A stretch of 64,000 nucleotides of DNA from an uncultured Desulfosarcina sp. (lineage in GTDB: Bacteria; Desulfobacterota; Desulfobacteria; Desulfobacterales; Desulfosarcinaceae). The position numbers and the translations under genes are program-made. Under the pieces are notes generated by a model. It ran no database searches. It had not been told where the DNA came from and saw only the letters and a list, made by a program, of their open reading frames with translations. The stretch covers positions 2,688,001 through 2,752,000 of the forward strand of contig CAXXWQ010000004.1 in the NCBI GenBank assembly GCA_963674945.2, given 5' to 3'. This document shows positions 30,335 to 42,052 of this stretch, in pieces. Position 1 is the stretch's first letter. Every line of letters starts with the position of its first letter.

Positions 30335-30660
30335 AATGTAGCCACCATTGCAACAAGCTTGTTGATTTCTATCGATCCGTTTTGATCATCGACTTCGATG
30401 GTAAATCCGTTGGGGGTATGAATACGAACGGATGGATGTTTCCTCGTCGCTGATCCGTTGAGCGCAACCGGCAAAAAAGTAACTCGGGTTTTATCAACGG
30501 GCATGATGCGCCGTTTCCAATCGTAAAACCGATGGAGAATGAGATCGTTTTTTTTACAATAGGCCCTTTGGCTTAGGCTGCTGATCTTCCATTTCTCGAT
30601 ATGATTTTCCCAAAATTTTCGCCTTTGCTTGGAATCGAATGAATCATAGTCTTCAGGCAT
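30331..30660 (-). CDS. tnpA: IS66 accessory protein TnpA
   Basis: WENHIEKW..SLSQRAYC..FYDWKRR..FLPV. Confidence 0.9.
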   Translation of the reverse strand: MPEDYDSFDSKQRRKFWENHIEKWKISSLSQRAYCKKNDLILHRFYDWKRRIMPVDKTRVTFLPVALNGSATRKHPSVRIHTPNGFTIEVDDQNGSIEINKLVAMVATL

Positions 30661-31330
30661 GATATCTTCTCCTTTCTTTGGGGAAACACATTGCCATGCC
30701 TGAACAATTTTGTGAAGATGGGGTTAATAAACCGCTTACACCAGTAACGTCAAACTTTCCAAATACCTTGCACCAATCCATAGTTGATTAGCGTAATATT
30801 CATAATCAGTAAAAATCGGCATACCCTTATACGCCAGAGTGTGCAGGAGATCCAAGATGGCTATAAATAGGTAGGCAATGCCAATGAATAAAAGGTACTG
30901 GTTTGTTATATATTTTCTTGAAGCCCAAGTGATTGTGAAAAAAGAAAAAGCTATAACAATACTGAAGATCTCCACAACACTATGAAATAGAAGGTAATTA
31001 ACAAATATTGTGAAGTACAATCCTACAAGCAATGCTCCAGCGAAAAAGGAATGTAAAATATTTGTATATCTCAGATAGAAAGACAAGAGCCCTCCCCCTA
31101 TCCAAGGAACAGAGACGAATTATATGCCATGATGATATAGATTTAAGGCAAATTTAACCTTAACTTAAGAAGGCAGAGAATACAACAGCAGGAAATCTTG
31201 CAGCGGTCCAATATTTCTGACTAAGGTCAATTCATCGTTCCCTATCCAAGAATTTAAAATCTCATCGTAATTTACCGATTTTTTAATGCAAGAAACCCCT
31301 TCCAGGGTAGTAATAGGGTAGAAAATTAAA

Positions 31331-31360
31331 AAGGGTTACAGTCTCGAATATCTGTAACCC
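31331..31360 (-). terminator. Hairpin terminator downstream of tRNA-Ala
   Basis: GGGTTACAG / CTGTAACCC stem followed by a T-run on the minus strand. Confidence 0.55.
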
Positions 31361-31373
31361 ATTGTTTTTATTG

Positions 31374-31449
31374 TGGTGGAGATGAAGGGATTCGAACCCT
31401 CGACTTCAGCGTTGCGAACGCTGCGCTCTCCCAGCTGAGCTACATCCCC
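31374..31449 (-). tRNA. tRNA-Ala (anticodon CGC)
   Basis: GGGGATGTAGCTCAGCTGGGAGAGCGCAGCGTTCGCAACGCTGAAGTCGAGGGTTCGAATCCCTTCATCTCCACCA; cloverleaf with encoded CCA. Confidence 0.97.
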
Positions 31450-31522
31450 ATATTCTGGAAAACTCTCGAATCGTATGATTCGATTCCGATCTTAGCCCTT
31501 TTGAAAAGCAATTTCAAGGGAA

Positions 31523-32768
31523 TCAGTGTTCCTGGGCGACCATCACCGGGTCGGTCTCTTTCTTTAAAAGGTTATCGACCTGCAACTGCCGCTCGGCGAT
31601 GACCTCTTTGAATCGGGCCAACATTTCGTCGTTCAAGGGTTTGCCCGGCGTCTTGACGACCGAGTTCGGGTTGATCGGTTTGTCGTTCACCCGAACTTCA
31701 TAGTGCACATGGGGTCCCGTGGCCATGCCGGTCTGGCCCACCCGGGCGATGATATCTCCTTGGTCCACCCGATTGCCCCTCTTCTTCAAGAGGCGACTGC
31801 AGTGGCCATAGTAAGTCTCATACCCGTTGGGATGCCTGACGATGATCAGTTTGCCGTATCCCCCCTTCCATCCGGAAAAGGTGACCTGGCCGCTGGCGGT
31901 GGCGAAAATCGCGGTGCCCGTGGGCGCGCCATAATCGATGCCGGTGTGGGCCTTGTACCGTTTGGAGATGGGGTGGAACCGTCGGATGGAGAAGTGGGAC
32001 GTCATCTTGCCGAATTTCACCGGAATCCGGAGAAACATCTTTTTCAAGGGTTGGCCCTCTTCGTCGTAATACCCCTTGACGTGGCCATCATCGTACCAGT
32101 AGGCGGAGTAGGCCTTGTGCGCACCCTCATAACGCGCCGCCAGAATCGTTCCGTCTTTGATAAAATCGCCATTCTTGTAGCAGCGTTCATAGACGACGGC
32201 GATTTTGTCCCCTTTGCGCGGATAGAGGTAAAAATCGATGTCCCAGGCGAAGATATCGGCAATTTTACACGTGAGCGCCGAATCCCCATCGTTTTCGGAA
32301 ATGGCCTGGGAAAGAGAGGTTTCGATGGTGAACACCTGGGACACCATCTCTTTGTCCAGTTCGATTTTCCGTTTGTGAACGCGATACGCGCCGTTTTCAT
32401 CCCGGACGGCTTCGTATTCATCTGTGGGACTGGTCTTGTACACGAATTTTTGAATGGTGTGCCGGTCGTCCACACACACCCCGTACTCGTCCTTGGGCCG
32501 GGAAAACCGAAAATCGAAGATCTCTTTGAAGGAACTGGATAGCGCCAGAATCTCGGCTGCGGGGATATTGTACGCCGCAAGGGTGTCATACAGGGTTCGT
32601 TGGCAAAGCCTTCCCTCGATGACACGAATCGAGTGCGGTCGGGCCGCCCTCTCCATGGAAAGGGACACGGATGAACCGTAAGCCGGGCCTGTAGTGGCGA
32701 GCAGCAATCCTAGAATGGTGACAAAACGCCGTAACAGCGTTGCGGGCGAATTGAATCGGTACATCATA
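31523..32768 (-). CDS. M23 family metallopeptidase (MepM/OapA-like)
   Basis: HTGIDYGAPTG, YYGHCS, ATGPHVHYE motifs; start approximate. Confidence 0.9.
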
Positions 32769-32927
32769 ATCAGTATAACCCCATCGTTTCGATTATGCCG
32801 CCCCATGACAAGACAATGAAATCGAATGCGTAAGGGAAAATGAGCAGCATGCATGCGTTTTTTACATTTTTGCGCAATTTCTATATCGGCCGAAAGTAAA
32901 ATTAGTTTTGCAAATTCTTAACGGACA

Positions 32928-33722
32928 CTATCGAATGGTAAATGCTACATACCACCGATTGGCACCTTCCGACAACAGCACATCATCCGGATTGATCTTC
33001 TCCACGACGATATTGTCCACGACGCCGCCTTCCCGGATCATTTTGTTGTTGATCACCACGAACCGTGATCCGGGTTCCGGTGCCCATACCAGGGCCTGGA
33101 GGGTGATTCGCGGATCCTCCCTGTAATTTTTCTCTTCCTCTTTTTTCGCTATTTTGCCGCTGACCGTATTTTCCTCATCTGCCGCAGTATCTTCGACGGG
33201 CTCTTCCATTTTTTCGTAGGACGTCTCAACACCGGAAGCCGGCACGTCGGATGCGGGCGTCGCCGTGGCGACGGCAGGAGACTTGGCTGCGCCTTTTACC
33301 GATGCATCTTTTCGGGAAATGGCGTTGGGAGCAACGGCCGTGAAATATCTGTCCGTTTGCTTTGACCCGGATACCGTGGCAGGATCCGCACCAACGGCGG
33401 TTTTTCCGAAGAGCTGCGCCGGGGACGAATCGTTTTTTTCCGGAGCCCCGTTATCGGGGTGCGAGCCCCTGGTACGGGTATCTTCCGTGGATGCCGGAAC
33501 CACTGTTTCGGCACTGTTTCGGGGACCGGCCCATCTGACCTGCCAGTAGGCCAGGCCCGAAACAGCCAGCACTGCGATGAAACCGGCAAGCATCCACCAT
33601 CGCCGCCTGCCACCATCGGATGAAGACGGCATGGAAGAGGGCGCTTGCCATGGCATGGTCGACCCGGTCTGGGCGGCGGATTCCATTTCGACTTTTTTCA
33701 ATGCCTTTAAAATGGAACTCAA
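32928..33722 (-). CDS. gspB: General secretion pathway protein GspB/ExeB
   Basis: MSSILKALKK N-terminus, TM helix, low-complexity linker, RFVVIN..REG C-terminal domain; follows exeA. Confidence 0.8.
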   Translation of the reverse strand: MSSILKALKKVEMESAAQTGSTMPWQAPSSMPSSSDGGRRRWWMLAGFIAVLAVSGLAYWQVRWAGPRNSAETVVPASTEDTRTRGSHPDNGAPEKNDSSPAQLFGKTAVGADPATVSGSKQTDRYFTAVAPNAISRKDASVKGAAKSPAVATATPASDVPASGVETSYEKMEEPVEDTAADEENTVSGKIAKKEEEKNYREDPRITLQALVWAPEPGSRFVVINNKMIREGGVVDNIVVEKINPDDVLLSEGANRWYVAFTIR

Positions 33723-33748
33723 CTGTCCTTATCCTCCATCAACAATCC

Positions 33749-35548
33749 TCAGCCTGCTGAGGATTCCACCAGGCGCGGAATGGTGAGCGCATGGTCCTCA
33801 TTATACAGTACGATTTTCGTCAAAGGCCCCACCATGCCATCCGCATCCAGTCCGTTTCGTCGCTGTATCTTCTCTACCACCATCCGGGTGGCGGTATCAT
33901 AGGCGGGATTCAAGGAACGCATGGGATACCCCAGATTTTTCAGGTGAACTTTAAACGATAGAATCACCTCACCTGGCGATGAGACCGGTATGATACCGGT
34001 ATAGTTATAAAAATTACGCCACAGAACATGGGCCGTCCCGTTCCATGCGTCGGCAATCGATTCGGGTTCGGCATCGAAGGCGACATCACCATTTGACAAT
34101 CGAATTTTCGATTCAGGCAGACCGATCACCGCCAAATATCGGTTACCGCCGCCGTCTTCGCGAGGAAATTCCAATATTGCCGGTAAATTGAGCTTCTTTA
34201 TCAGGTTGAGATTGCCCTGGACCCGCAGATATTCCAAGGCATTGTTTTTTGCAGCCACACGAAAATAGGTCGGCGCATCACCCCCTTCCATGGGCAAGGG
34301 AAGAAGGGTCGGGTCTTTTCTTTTCCACTGGTTCAAGACAGCCCGCAGCGCCTGTTCCCTGGAGTTTGTACCATCGGTCTCGGCGAGGACCTGTTCGAGA
34401 CCGGGGGCCGCCGGTTGGAAGATGGTTTCGGATTCTTGTGTCGCGACCTGGGATTTTTTTTCCGGTTCCGTCGAGACCGGGATATCCGATGGCGGCGGCG
34501 ACGTGCCGGGTTCCATTGTATCCGGCGCTTCCGGATCTTCCGTCAAAACGGAAACCGTTTGGGAGGTTGGGGAAGGCGATGGATCCCCACTGGAAATCGA
34601 GGTCTTCGTATCTGCCATGGTGATGGGAAACCGGTCGAAAATCCGCATTCCGAAAATCAGCGCCACCGCAACCACAACCATGAAGGCCAAAAGACCCCAT
34701 GCCAGCGGTTTCTTGAACATGATGGACCGGTCCGAACGATCGATCTTTCCTTCCAATTCATTTATCGCCTGCTTTACCAGCGACTGGGTGATCTCTCTTT
34801 TTCCCTGTGTAAAGGCAATCAGTAAGGATCGCTCGCATACGATGTTAATGCGTCGGGGAACGCCGCCGGCAAATCTGAAGATGGACCGAAATGCGCCCTT
34901 TGTGAAGGAAAGACCGGGGTTGTGGGAAGCGATGTGGATGCGATGGTCAATGTACGCCCGGGTCTCGGCAAAGCTCAGGGGAACCAGGTGACAGCTCAGG
35001 GAAATTCGTTGGCTCAATTGGCGAAGGCCATCGGTTTCCAGCAGTTCGTCCAACTCCGGCTGGCCCACCAAAATAATCTGCAGGAGTTTACTGGTGGTGG
35101 TTTCCAGGTTGGACAACAGCCGCAGCTGCTCCAGCACGTCGGTCTGTAAGTTCTGTGCCTCGTCCACCAACAGGACGACCCGTTTGTTCTGGGCTTTTTT
35201 TTCCAGGAGAAAGCGGTTGAACCGGTCGATGAGGCGCTTCACCGAATTGGTGTCGGAAGGAATGGCGAATTCGTCGTTGATGGCCTTGAGCAACTGGATG
35301 GCGTCGAGTTTGGGATTGAAGATGTAGGCCGCCTCGGTATCGTCCTCCAGGTTTTCCAGAAACATGCGGCATAGGGTGGTTTTACCGGTTCCCACCTCCC
35401 CGGTAATGGCCACGAATCCCTCTCCGTAGGCCACCGCATAATTGAGGTGCGCCAGCACCTCTTCGTGGATCCGGGAAAGGTAGAGGTAGGCCGGGTTGGG
35501 AACCAGCTTGAAGGGTCTCTCCTTCAATCCGAAAAATTGGTTGTACAT
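33749..35548 (-). CDS. exeA: ExeA/GspA AAA ATPase with peptidoglycan-binding domain
   Basis: MYNQFFGLKERPF, GEVGTGKT, VDEAQ, LVGQPEL, GGVPRRIN, LDADGMVGPLT. Confidence 0.9.
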   Translation of the reverse strand: MYNQFFGLKERPFKLVPNPAYLYLSRIHEEVLAHLNYAVAYGEGFVAITGEVGTGKTTLCRMFLENLEDDTEAAYIFNPKLDAIQLLKAINDEFAIPSDTNSVKRLIDRFNRFLLEKKAQNKRVVLLVDEAQNLQTDVLEQLRLLSNLETTTSKLLQIILVGQPELDELLETDGLRQLSQRISLSCHLVPLSFAETRAYIDHRIHIASHNPGLSFTKGAFRSIFRFAGGVPRRINIVCERSLLIAFTQGKREITQSLVKQAINELEGKIDRSDRSIMFKKPLAWGLLAFMVVVAVALIFGMRIFDRFPITMADTKTSISSGDPSPSPTSQTVSVLTEDPEAPDTMEPGTSPPPSDIPVSTEPEKKSQVATQESETIFQPAAPGLEQVLAETDGTNSREQALRAVLNQWKRKDPTLLPLPMEGGDAPTYFRVAAKNNALEYLRVQGNLNLIKKLNLPAILEFPREDGGGNRYLAVIGLPESKIRLSNGDVAFDAEPESIADAWNGTAHVLWRNFYNYTGIIPVSSPGEVILSFKVHLKNLGYPMRSLNPAYDTATRMVVEKIQRRNGLDADGMVGPLTKIVLYNEDHALTIPRLVESSAG

Positions 35549-35659
35549 GAATGCCTTTTTACATCCCCGTTGAAGGATCGGCCGACAGAGAACGCGCCGC
35601 CTGCTGGGTTTCATACCACGATTCAGAAAGCTTTCGGATCGCGGTCCATAAAAATCACC

Positions 35660-36490
35660 CTACTGGGCGATTTTACTGTTCCGGTTCTGAATGTAACCGT
35701 TGCGAAACGCCTCGTAGGGGTCCAAGGCGGCATTTTTCAAGGCTTCATAGTCGCCGATGCGAAAGGATGTGTCGTTTACGGTTCGCACACCGTAGACGAC
35801 CACGCTGGTAACGTCGGAGGTCAGCACGCCGGCGTCCAGATCGACCAATTTCATGAATGAAAAGGGATTCAACACCCAATCCCCGAGGCCCCCCACCGTA
35901 TCGCGCAGGGTGGAGGGGCCCAACACCGGCCATACGATGTAGAATCCGTTTCCCGCACCGTAATGCCCGAATGTCTGGCCCATGTCCTCTTCCGGCGGGT
36001 TCAGCTCGGGATAATCGCCCGCGGGATTGAATATGCCCCCTACGCCAATAATGGAGTTGACCGCGAATCGGCCAAACTCGCCTTCGGCGGCCTTGAACTT
36101 GCCCTGCAACAGGCAGTTCACCAATCGAACGGGCATTAACAGATTGAAGAAAAAATTCTTCACGCCCAACCGCACCGGCGTCGGGACGACAACCTTATAC
36201 CCCGACGCCACCGGTTTGAGGACCCAGAAGTAAAGCTTGTCATTGACCACAAACATGGCCCGGTTGAAGCCCACGATGGGATCGGATACCGTCTCCATCA
36301 TCGGTTGACCCTCTTCAAAAGGATCTTCCAGACCGTCATCGAAGGGATCGAAAAGAACCTCTTCTTGTGATTCAGCGGATTCTTCGGAATTTTTGAAAAC
36401 AGGATCATCGGCATGGGCAACGCCGGTGAACACCAGAAGCGCCACAAAGATCATCAAGTATTTGCCGTAGGTCAACATGAATCGAATCAT
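35660..36490 (-). CDS. mlaA: VacJ/MlaA family protein
   Basis: DPIVGFNRAMFVVND, EDMGQTFGHYG, PVLGPSTLRD, DPYEAFRNGY. Confidence 0.9.
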   Translation of the reverse strand: MIRFMLTYGKYLMIFVALLVFTGVAHADDPVFKNSEESAESQEEVLFDPFDDGLEDPFEEGQPMMETVSDPIVGFNRAMFVVNDKLYFWVLKPVASGYKVVVPTPVRLGVKNFFFNLLMPVRLVNCLLQGKFKAAEGEFGRFAVNSIIGVGGIFNPAGDYPELNPPEEDMGQTFGHYGAGNGFYIVWPVLGPSTLRDTVGGLGDWVLNPFSFMKLVDLDAGVLTSDVTSVVVYGVRTVNDTSFRIGDYEALKNAALDPYEAFRNGYIQNRNSKIAQ

Positions 36491-36543
36491 CGTCGAAAAC
36501 AGGGCACCCGGTTGTCGTGTTCGTGTTTTGTACCCACAATGTA

Positions 36544-37167
36544 TCAGCTTTCAGATAGCTGCTTGCGCTGTTCCGCCAGCTTTTCGTTGAGTCGTTGGAT
36601 CAGCTGGGCCGGCTTTTCCTTCTGCAGGATGTTGGCAAACTGTGTACGATAGTTTTTCACCAGGCTTATCCCCTCAACGATGATATCGTATACCCGCCAT
36701 TGGCCGTCATCGTTTTTGAAGAGCCTGTAATCCACTGCAATTTTAGTACTTTCTCGAACAATTTGGGTCTTCACTTCGGCATAGGTATCCTTGTACAGAT
36801 TCTGTTCGAGATAAACGATCTGCTCGTTGTGATATTCACCCTGGATTTTATCGATGTAGGTATTGCCCAAAAACTCGGAAAACACATCGGTAAAACTCGC
36901 TTTTTCCGTATCTGCGAAATCAGACCAGTTTCGTGCGACGGCGCGCCGGGAGACCTCATTGAAATCGAACATGGGTTTTACGACTTTCCAGATCTCATCC
37001 CGCTGTGCGGACCTGGTATTCGAATCCTTGTATTTGGGATCATTCAGAATCTTGATTGCGGTATCGATGGGGCCCTTGATAGCCGCCATGGGTTCCATGG
37101 AAAATGCCAAGACCGGCAAAACCAGCAATATACAGGCTACCGTGCCGGCGATCGTCTTCTGGATCAT
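36544..37167 (-). CDS. mlaC: MlaC/Ttg2D phospholipid-binding periplasmic protein
   Basis: FDFNEVSRRAVARNW, VDYRL..WRVYDIIVEGISLVKNYRTQF. Confidence 0.9.
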   Translation of the reverse strand: MIQKTIAGTVACILLVLPVLAFSMEPMAAIKGPIDTAIKILNDPKYKDSNTRSAQRDEIWKVVKPMFDFNEVSRRAVARNWSDFADTEKASFTDVFSEFLGNTYIDKIQGEYHNEQIVYLEQNLYKDTYAEVKTQIVRESTKIAVDYRLFKNDDGQWRVYDIIVEGISLVKNYRTQFANILQKEKPAQLIQRLNEKLAEQRKQLSES

Positions 37168-37614
37168 TGGTGCCTCCAACAGGTGATTTGTGCATCCGTC
37201 GACAGTGTATCGAGGCAACGACGGGTGAAGGTGATTGCTGACGATCACCCGTCCATGAAAGGCCAATTTGCCCGATATCTGCAGTATACGAAAAATTTCA
37301 TCCTCGAAATAGCAACCATATACACCCCAAGGGCACTTTCCTCGGGGCTTCTCCGGTAAAATTTTTCGAAGGCTTCGAAGTCCTTGAACTCGACCAACAT
37401 TACCGATCTATGGGCGGACAATACCCAAAGTATTTAGAAATAACTGACATTTCGGGTAAAGTAAAGAATAAGATCGACGACGGGCGCCGAATCAATCGGT
37501 TTTGCGGTGGTCACCGCGAGGATTATGAGCTTTTGTTCGATATGCTTGACTTCGATAAGACCATTTCATAAAGTCGGGATTCAAGATATTCTTCAAAAGC
37601 CAAAGGAGATCGCC

Positions 37615-38370
37615 ATGACCGACAAGACACCAGATTCAATCGAAGCGTTGCCTGAGGAAAAGATCGCTCGCCTCGTAATGGATTTCATGCACCGCACCAT
37701 CATCCACTATGCCTTGTGGTTCACCGAAATTCGCCACCAGCTGGGTATGGAAAAAGCGCTTGCGGCTCTCTCCGTGGCATCGGAAAAAAGTATCGGAATT
37801 CAGCTCAACCGGCTATCCAAAATCCTTGGATTCAAGATGCAAGACGCCATTCCAGCCCCATTACTTCAGATGGAGAAAAAGGACCTGCTGGCGCTGTTGG
37901 ACGGAACGGCCATCAACTGGCTGGCAAATGACGGGGTTTGGTTCCAATCCGTTGAATTCACCAGCGGCATGAACGACGCCAAGCGCTGCAACGATACGTG
38001 TTGGGCTCACTTTTCGCCCTTCGAGGCATGGGCCATCAAGCGGTTTCTGGGCCTTGGCGATCGCTGCGGATTGCAGGGATTAAAAAAAGCGCTTCAATTC
38101 CGGGTCTACGCGCGCGTCAACGTGCAGTCCTTTGTCGACGACGGCCCGGATGCCTTTATTTTCCACATGAATGATTGCAGGGTCCAGTCGGCCAGAAAGC
38201 GCAAAGGACTGGACGACTACCCGTGCAAATCCGGCGGATTGGTTGAGTACACCTATTTTGCCCAAGCCATTGACGATCGAATCCGGGCCGAATGCATCGG
38301 CTGCCCTCCCGACGACCATCCGGACGAATGGTATTGCGCCTGGCGCTTTTCATTGGATCAATCGTCCTAA
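37615..38370 (+). CDS. DUF6125-like protein
   Basis: HYALWF..NWLANDGVWFQ..CRVQSARKRKGLDDYPCK..CPPD..CAWRF; AAGGAG RBS. Confidence 0.75.
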   Translation: MTDKTPDSIEALPEEKIARLVMDFMHRTIIHYALWFTEIRHQLGMEKALAALSVASEKSIGIQLNRLSKILGFKMQDAIPAPLLQMEKKDLLALLDGTAINWLANDGVWFQSVEFTSGMNDAKRCNDTCWAHFSPFEAWAIKRFLGLGDRCGLQGLKKALQFRVYARVNVQSFVDDGPDAFIFHMNDCRVQSARKRKGLDDYPCKSGGLVEYTYFAQAIDDRIRAECIGCPPDDHPDEWYCAWRFSLDQSS

Positions 38371-38515
38371 ACGGATCGTCGATCCCGTGCGGCCGCGATC
38401 TTATTGTCCGAATCGCCGTCCCGATGCAAAATGGGCTAATGCCTGGCGAAAAATGACCGATGTTAGAACATGACTGTAGGTTCGTCGCATTTGTTACCGC
38501 CAACTTGCATCAAGG

Positions 38516-39376
38516 ATGAATTGGATAATGGATCATCTTTCCGCAATATTGAAAAGAGTCAAGAAACTGGACCCCATTCCGGTGGTCATACACCGGGTTC
38601 TCGAACTGGCCAATGACCCGGATGCCCCTCTGAAGGATATGGTTGCCGTCGTCGAACGGGATCCGGCCATCACCGCCAACCTGTTAAAAATGGTCAACTC
38701 CGCCTACATGGGTCTTCCCGTGAAGGTCGATTCGGTCCATCAGGCGGTCTCCATGCTTGGAGCGCAGCAGGTTGTGGAATTGGTCATGTCCCAGAACCTG
38801 TCGGGCAATTTGAACCGCGCCCAAAAAGGCTATGGACTGGCCAGGGGAGACCTGTGGCGTCAGAGCCTGTCCGTTGCCATGGTGGCACGCACCCTGGCAA
38901 GCCAGCGGGACCTGATGAGCCTGCCGGCCATCTATACCGCGGCGCTGTTAAAGGATATCGGCAAAGTGATTCTCCATGAATTCGTCGGCGATCAGCTTCA
39001 GGACATACAAAAAGCCGTTACGGAACATGGCATGAGCTTCGTCGAGGCCGAAAACGATGTTTTGGGAATGGATCACACCATCGTGGGCGGTATCATCGCC
39101 AAGCAGTGGAACTTCAGCCCCCATATGACCTATATGATCGAAAATCACCACCTGACCAACGAAGCGGCCCGCACCGACCCGGCCACATCCACCCTCTATC
39201 TGGCCGACATGGTGGCCATGATGGTGGATACGGGCGTCGGCGTGGACCGGCTCGCCTACCATGTGTATCAGGATGTCTTCAATGACTTCTTTCCCGACAA
39301 ACAGCAGGTAAAATCGCTCATGATCACCTACAAGAGCTACCGGCGGGAAATCAAGGAGTTCATGGAGACCACGTGA
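38516..39376 (+). CDS. HDOD domain protein
   Basis: DPAITANLLKMVNSAY, LWRQSL, AALLKDIGK, GMDHTIVG..WNF..HH. Confidence 0.9.
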   Translation: MNWIMDHLSAILKRVKKLDPIPVVIHRVLELANDPDAPLKDMVAVVERDPAITANLLKMVNSAYMGLPVKVDSVHQAVSMLGAQQVVELVMSQNLSGNLNRAQKGYGLARGDLWRQSLSVAMVARTLASQRDLMSLPAIYTAALLKDIGKVILHEFVGDQLQDIQKAVTEHGMSFVEAENDVLGMDHTIVGGIIAKQWNFSPHMTYMIENHHLTNEAARTDPATSTLYLADMVAMMVDTGVGVDRLAYHVYQDVFNDFFPDKQQVKSLMITYKSYRREIKEFMETT

Positions 39377-39674
39377 TGTAGAGGGAACAAATGAGGGACG
39401 ATGGAAGCGGGATGAAACGGTATCGCGCGTATCATCTTTTGTCCCGCATCCTTCGTCCTTCCTTTTCAATCCCATTGAACAAAAGGAAAACCGGCCATGA
39501 CGCCGAAAAAGAACGAGGTCCCAACGCGGCCAGCCTGCTTTCAACCTCGCCTTCCTTGACAATGGGCCTGCCACAATTACCTTTCCCATCATAAGTCCGC
39601 CTCACCCGATTTTTCTAGATCGGAAGGCACCGACGGAGCCGTGGAAAAAAAGGGATCCGTTACTCTTCCACTGA

Positions 39675-41033
<1,359 letters not shown>

Positions 41034-41055
41034 TTATTTGCGGATGCAGATTCGG

Positions 41056-41706
41056 TCAGTGGTAGGGCGGAACCCACCACACCGGTTCAACGAACCGCAT
41101 ACCGATGGACAGTTCCGAATCGGTCTGTGCAATGTCTGTGATTTTCGCCGGCGCCACCTGTTCCCCGGGAATGCCGGGAAATTCACAGCGAAGGGTGACC
41201 GCATCATCCACCTGCAGGGATGCGGGTTGGGCCGATGCATTGGATTGAAAAACACATCGTGCACCGTTTTTGCTGATGTCACGGATGATGCCGACGAGAA
41301 CCAGGCCCTTGTCAATGGCCTCGAAAGTGGCCGATACGGTGCACCGCGTTCGTTTGCTGTCGCGCAGTTCGAATGTTTCAACCGTTTTGGGGGCCTGGAT
41401 TCGCCACAAGCGTAGCGGATGGTCGATGACCTCGAGAAGCGTCGAGGCAAATTCGATCATTTGTGCGTTGCAAAGACACAGACATTGTATGCTCTCCTCC
41501 GGCGCCGGAGATCCGCGTTCCTCACAAAGCGGTACCACGATATAGTCTCCGGTTTCTCCCGTCCCGACATAAAGAGATTCGGTGGCCCCGGCACCATCGG
41601 CGACGACGATTTTGATTCGATCTCCCTTTTCCAAGGTCAACGCAGGTGTTCCCATCCAGATGGTTTCTCCCCTCATAAAATTGTCGAACCGTTGAATATT
41701 TTTCAA
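41056..41706 (-). CDS. PilZ-domain (flagellar brake-like) protein
   Basis: ELRDSKR RxxxR and DISKNG DxSxxG motifs. Confidence 0.85.
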   Translation of the reverse strand: MKNIQRFDNFMRGETIWMGTPALTLEKGDRIKIVVADGAGATESLYVGTGETGDYIVVPLCEERGSPAPEESIQCLCLCNAQMIEFASTLLEVIDHPLRLWRIQAPKTVETFELRDSKRTRCTVSATFEAIDKGLVLVGIIRDISKNGARCVFQSNASAQPASLQVDDAVTLRCEFPGIPGEQVAPAKITDIAQTDSELSIGMRFVEPVWWVPPYH

Positions 41707-41769
41707 TGTCTATCGAAAAATAGTACACATCGCCGTCGTAGCTGTAAAGAGAAGATCACACATGCCGTT

Positions 41770-41895
41770 GGGTGCCACCAGGCCGATACGGTCCCATTCG
41801 TGCGTGTGGAAGTCGAGATGATTCAAGATCATCGGGCCGCCGGGATAGCCAAAGCAGATCCGGGCCAGGTTGAGAATGACAGGACGCATGGACAA
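41770..41895 (-). pseudogene. N-terminal fragment of an ECF/cobalt ABC ATPase (CbiO-like)
   Basis: ICFGYPGGPMILNHLDF..DRIGLVAPNG breaks inside Walker A. Confidence 0.55.
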
Positions 41896-42052
41896 CGGCT
41901 TTCCAATCGGTTATGGATTGGATTTTGCGCTTTTTATATGGTAGACGAAATCCGTTTCAAAGAGCGATGTTGCTTTTTTCCGTCCAGAAAACCCGGTGCC
42001 CTGGACCGGAATTTTTACTGAAATCCATGGCATCTGCAGCCCGAGACGCTAC

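Larger units (their letters stand above)
28246..30739 (-). mobile_element. IS66 family insertion sequence (2494 bp)
   Basis: TIRs GTAAGGGTCAAATAAACCCCATCTTCACA / GTAAGCGGTTTATTAACCCCATCTTCACA; 8-bp TSD ACCAGTAA at 28238-28245 and 30740-30747; tnpA-tnpB-tnpC inside. Confidence 0.95.
27508..31086 (-). pseudogene. MASE3-domain membrane sensor protein interrupted by IS66
   Basis: NYLLFHSVVEIFS..DLLHTLAYKGM..QLWIGARYLESLTLL | VAFYFL..GHYFKLFSFYLIY..LSGLLPICAKCKKIRDDEGYW; removing the IS and one TSD gives a continuous 359-codon ORF. Confidence 0.88.

Noticed and set aside
8500..31449. A single tRNA-Ala-anchored integrative island
   Set aside because: I found no integrase and no duplicate of the tRNA 3' end in the window; the region looks like a mosaic of separate events.
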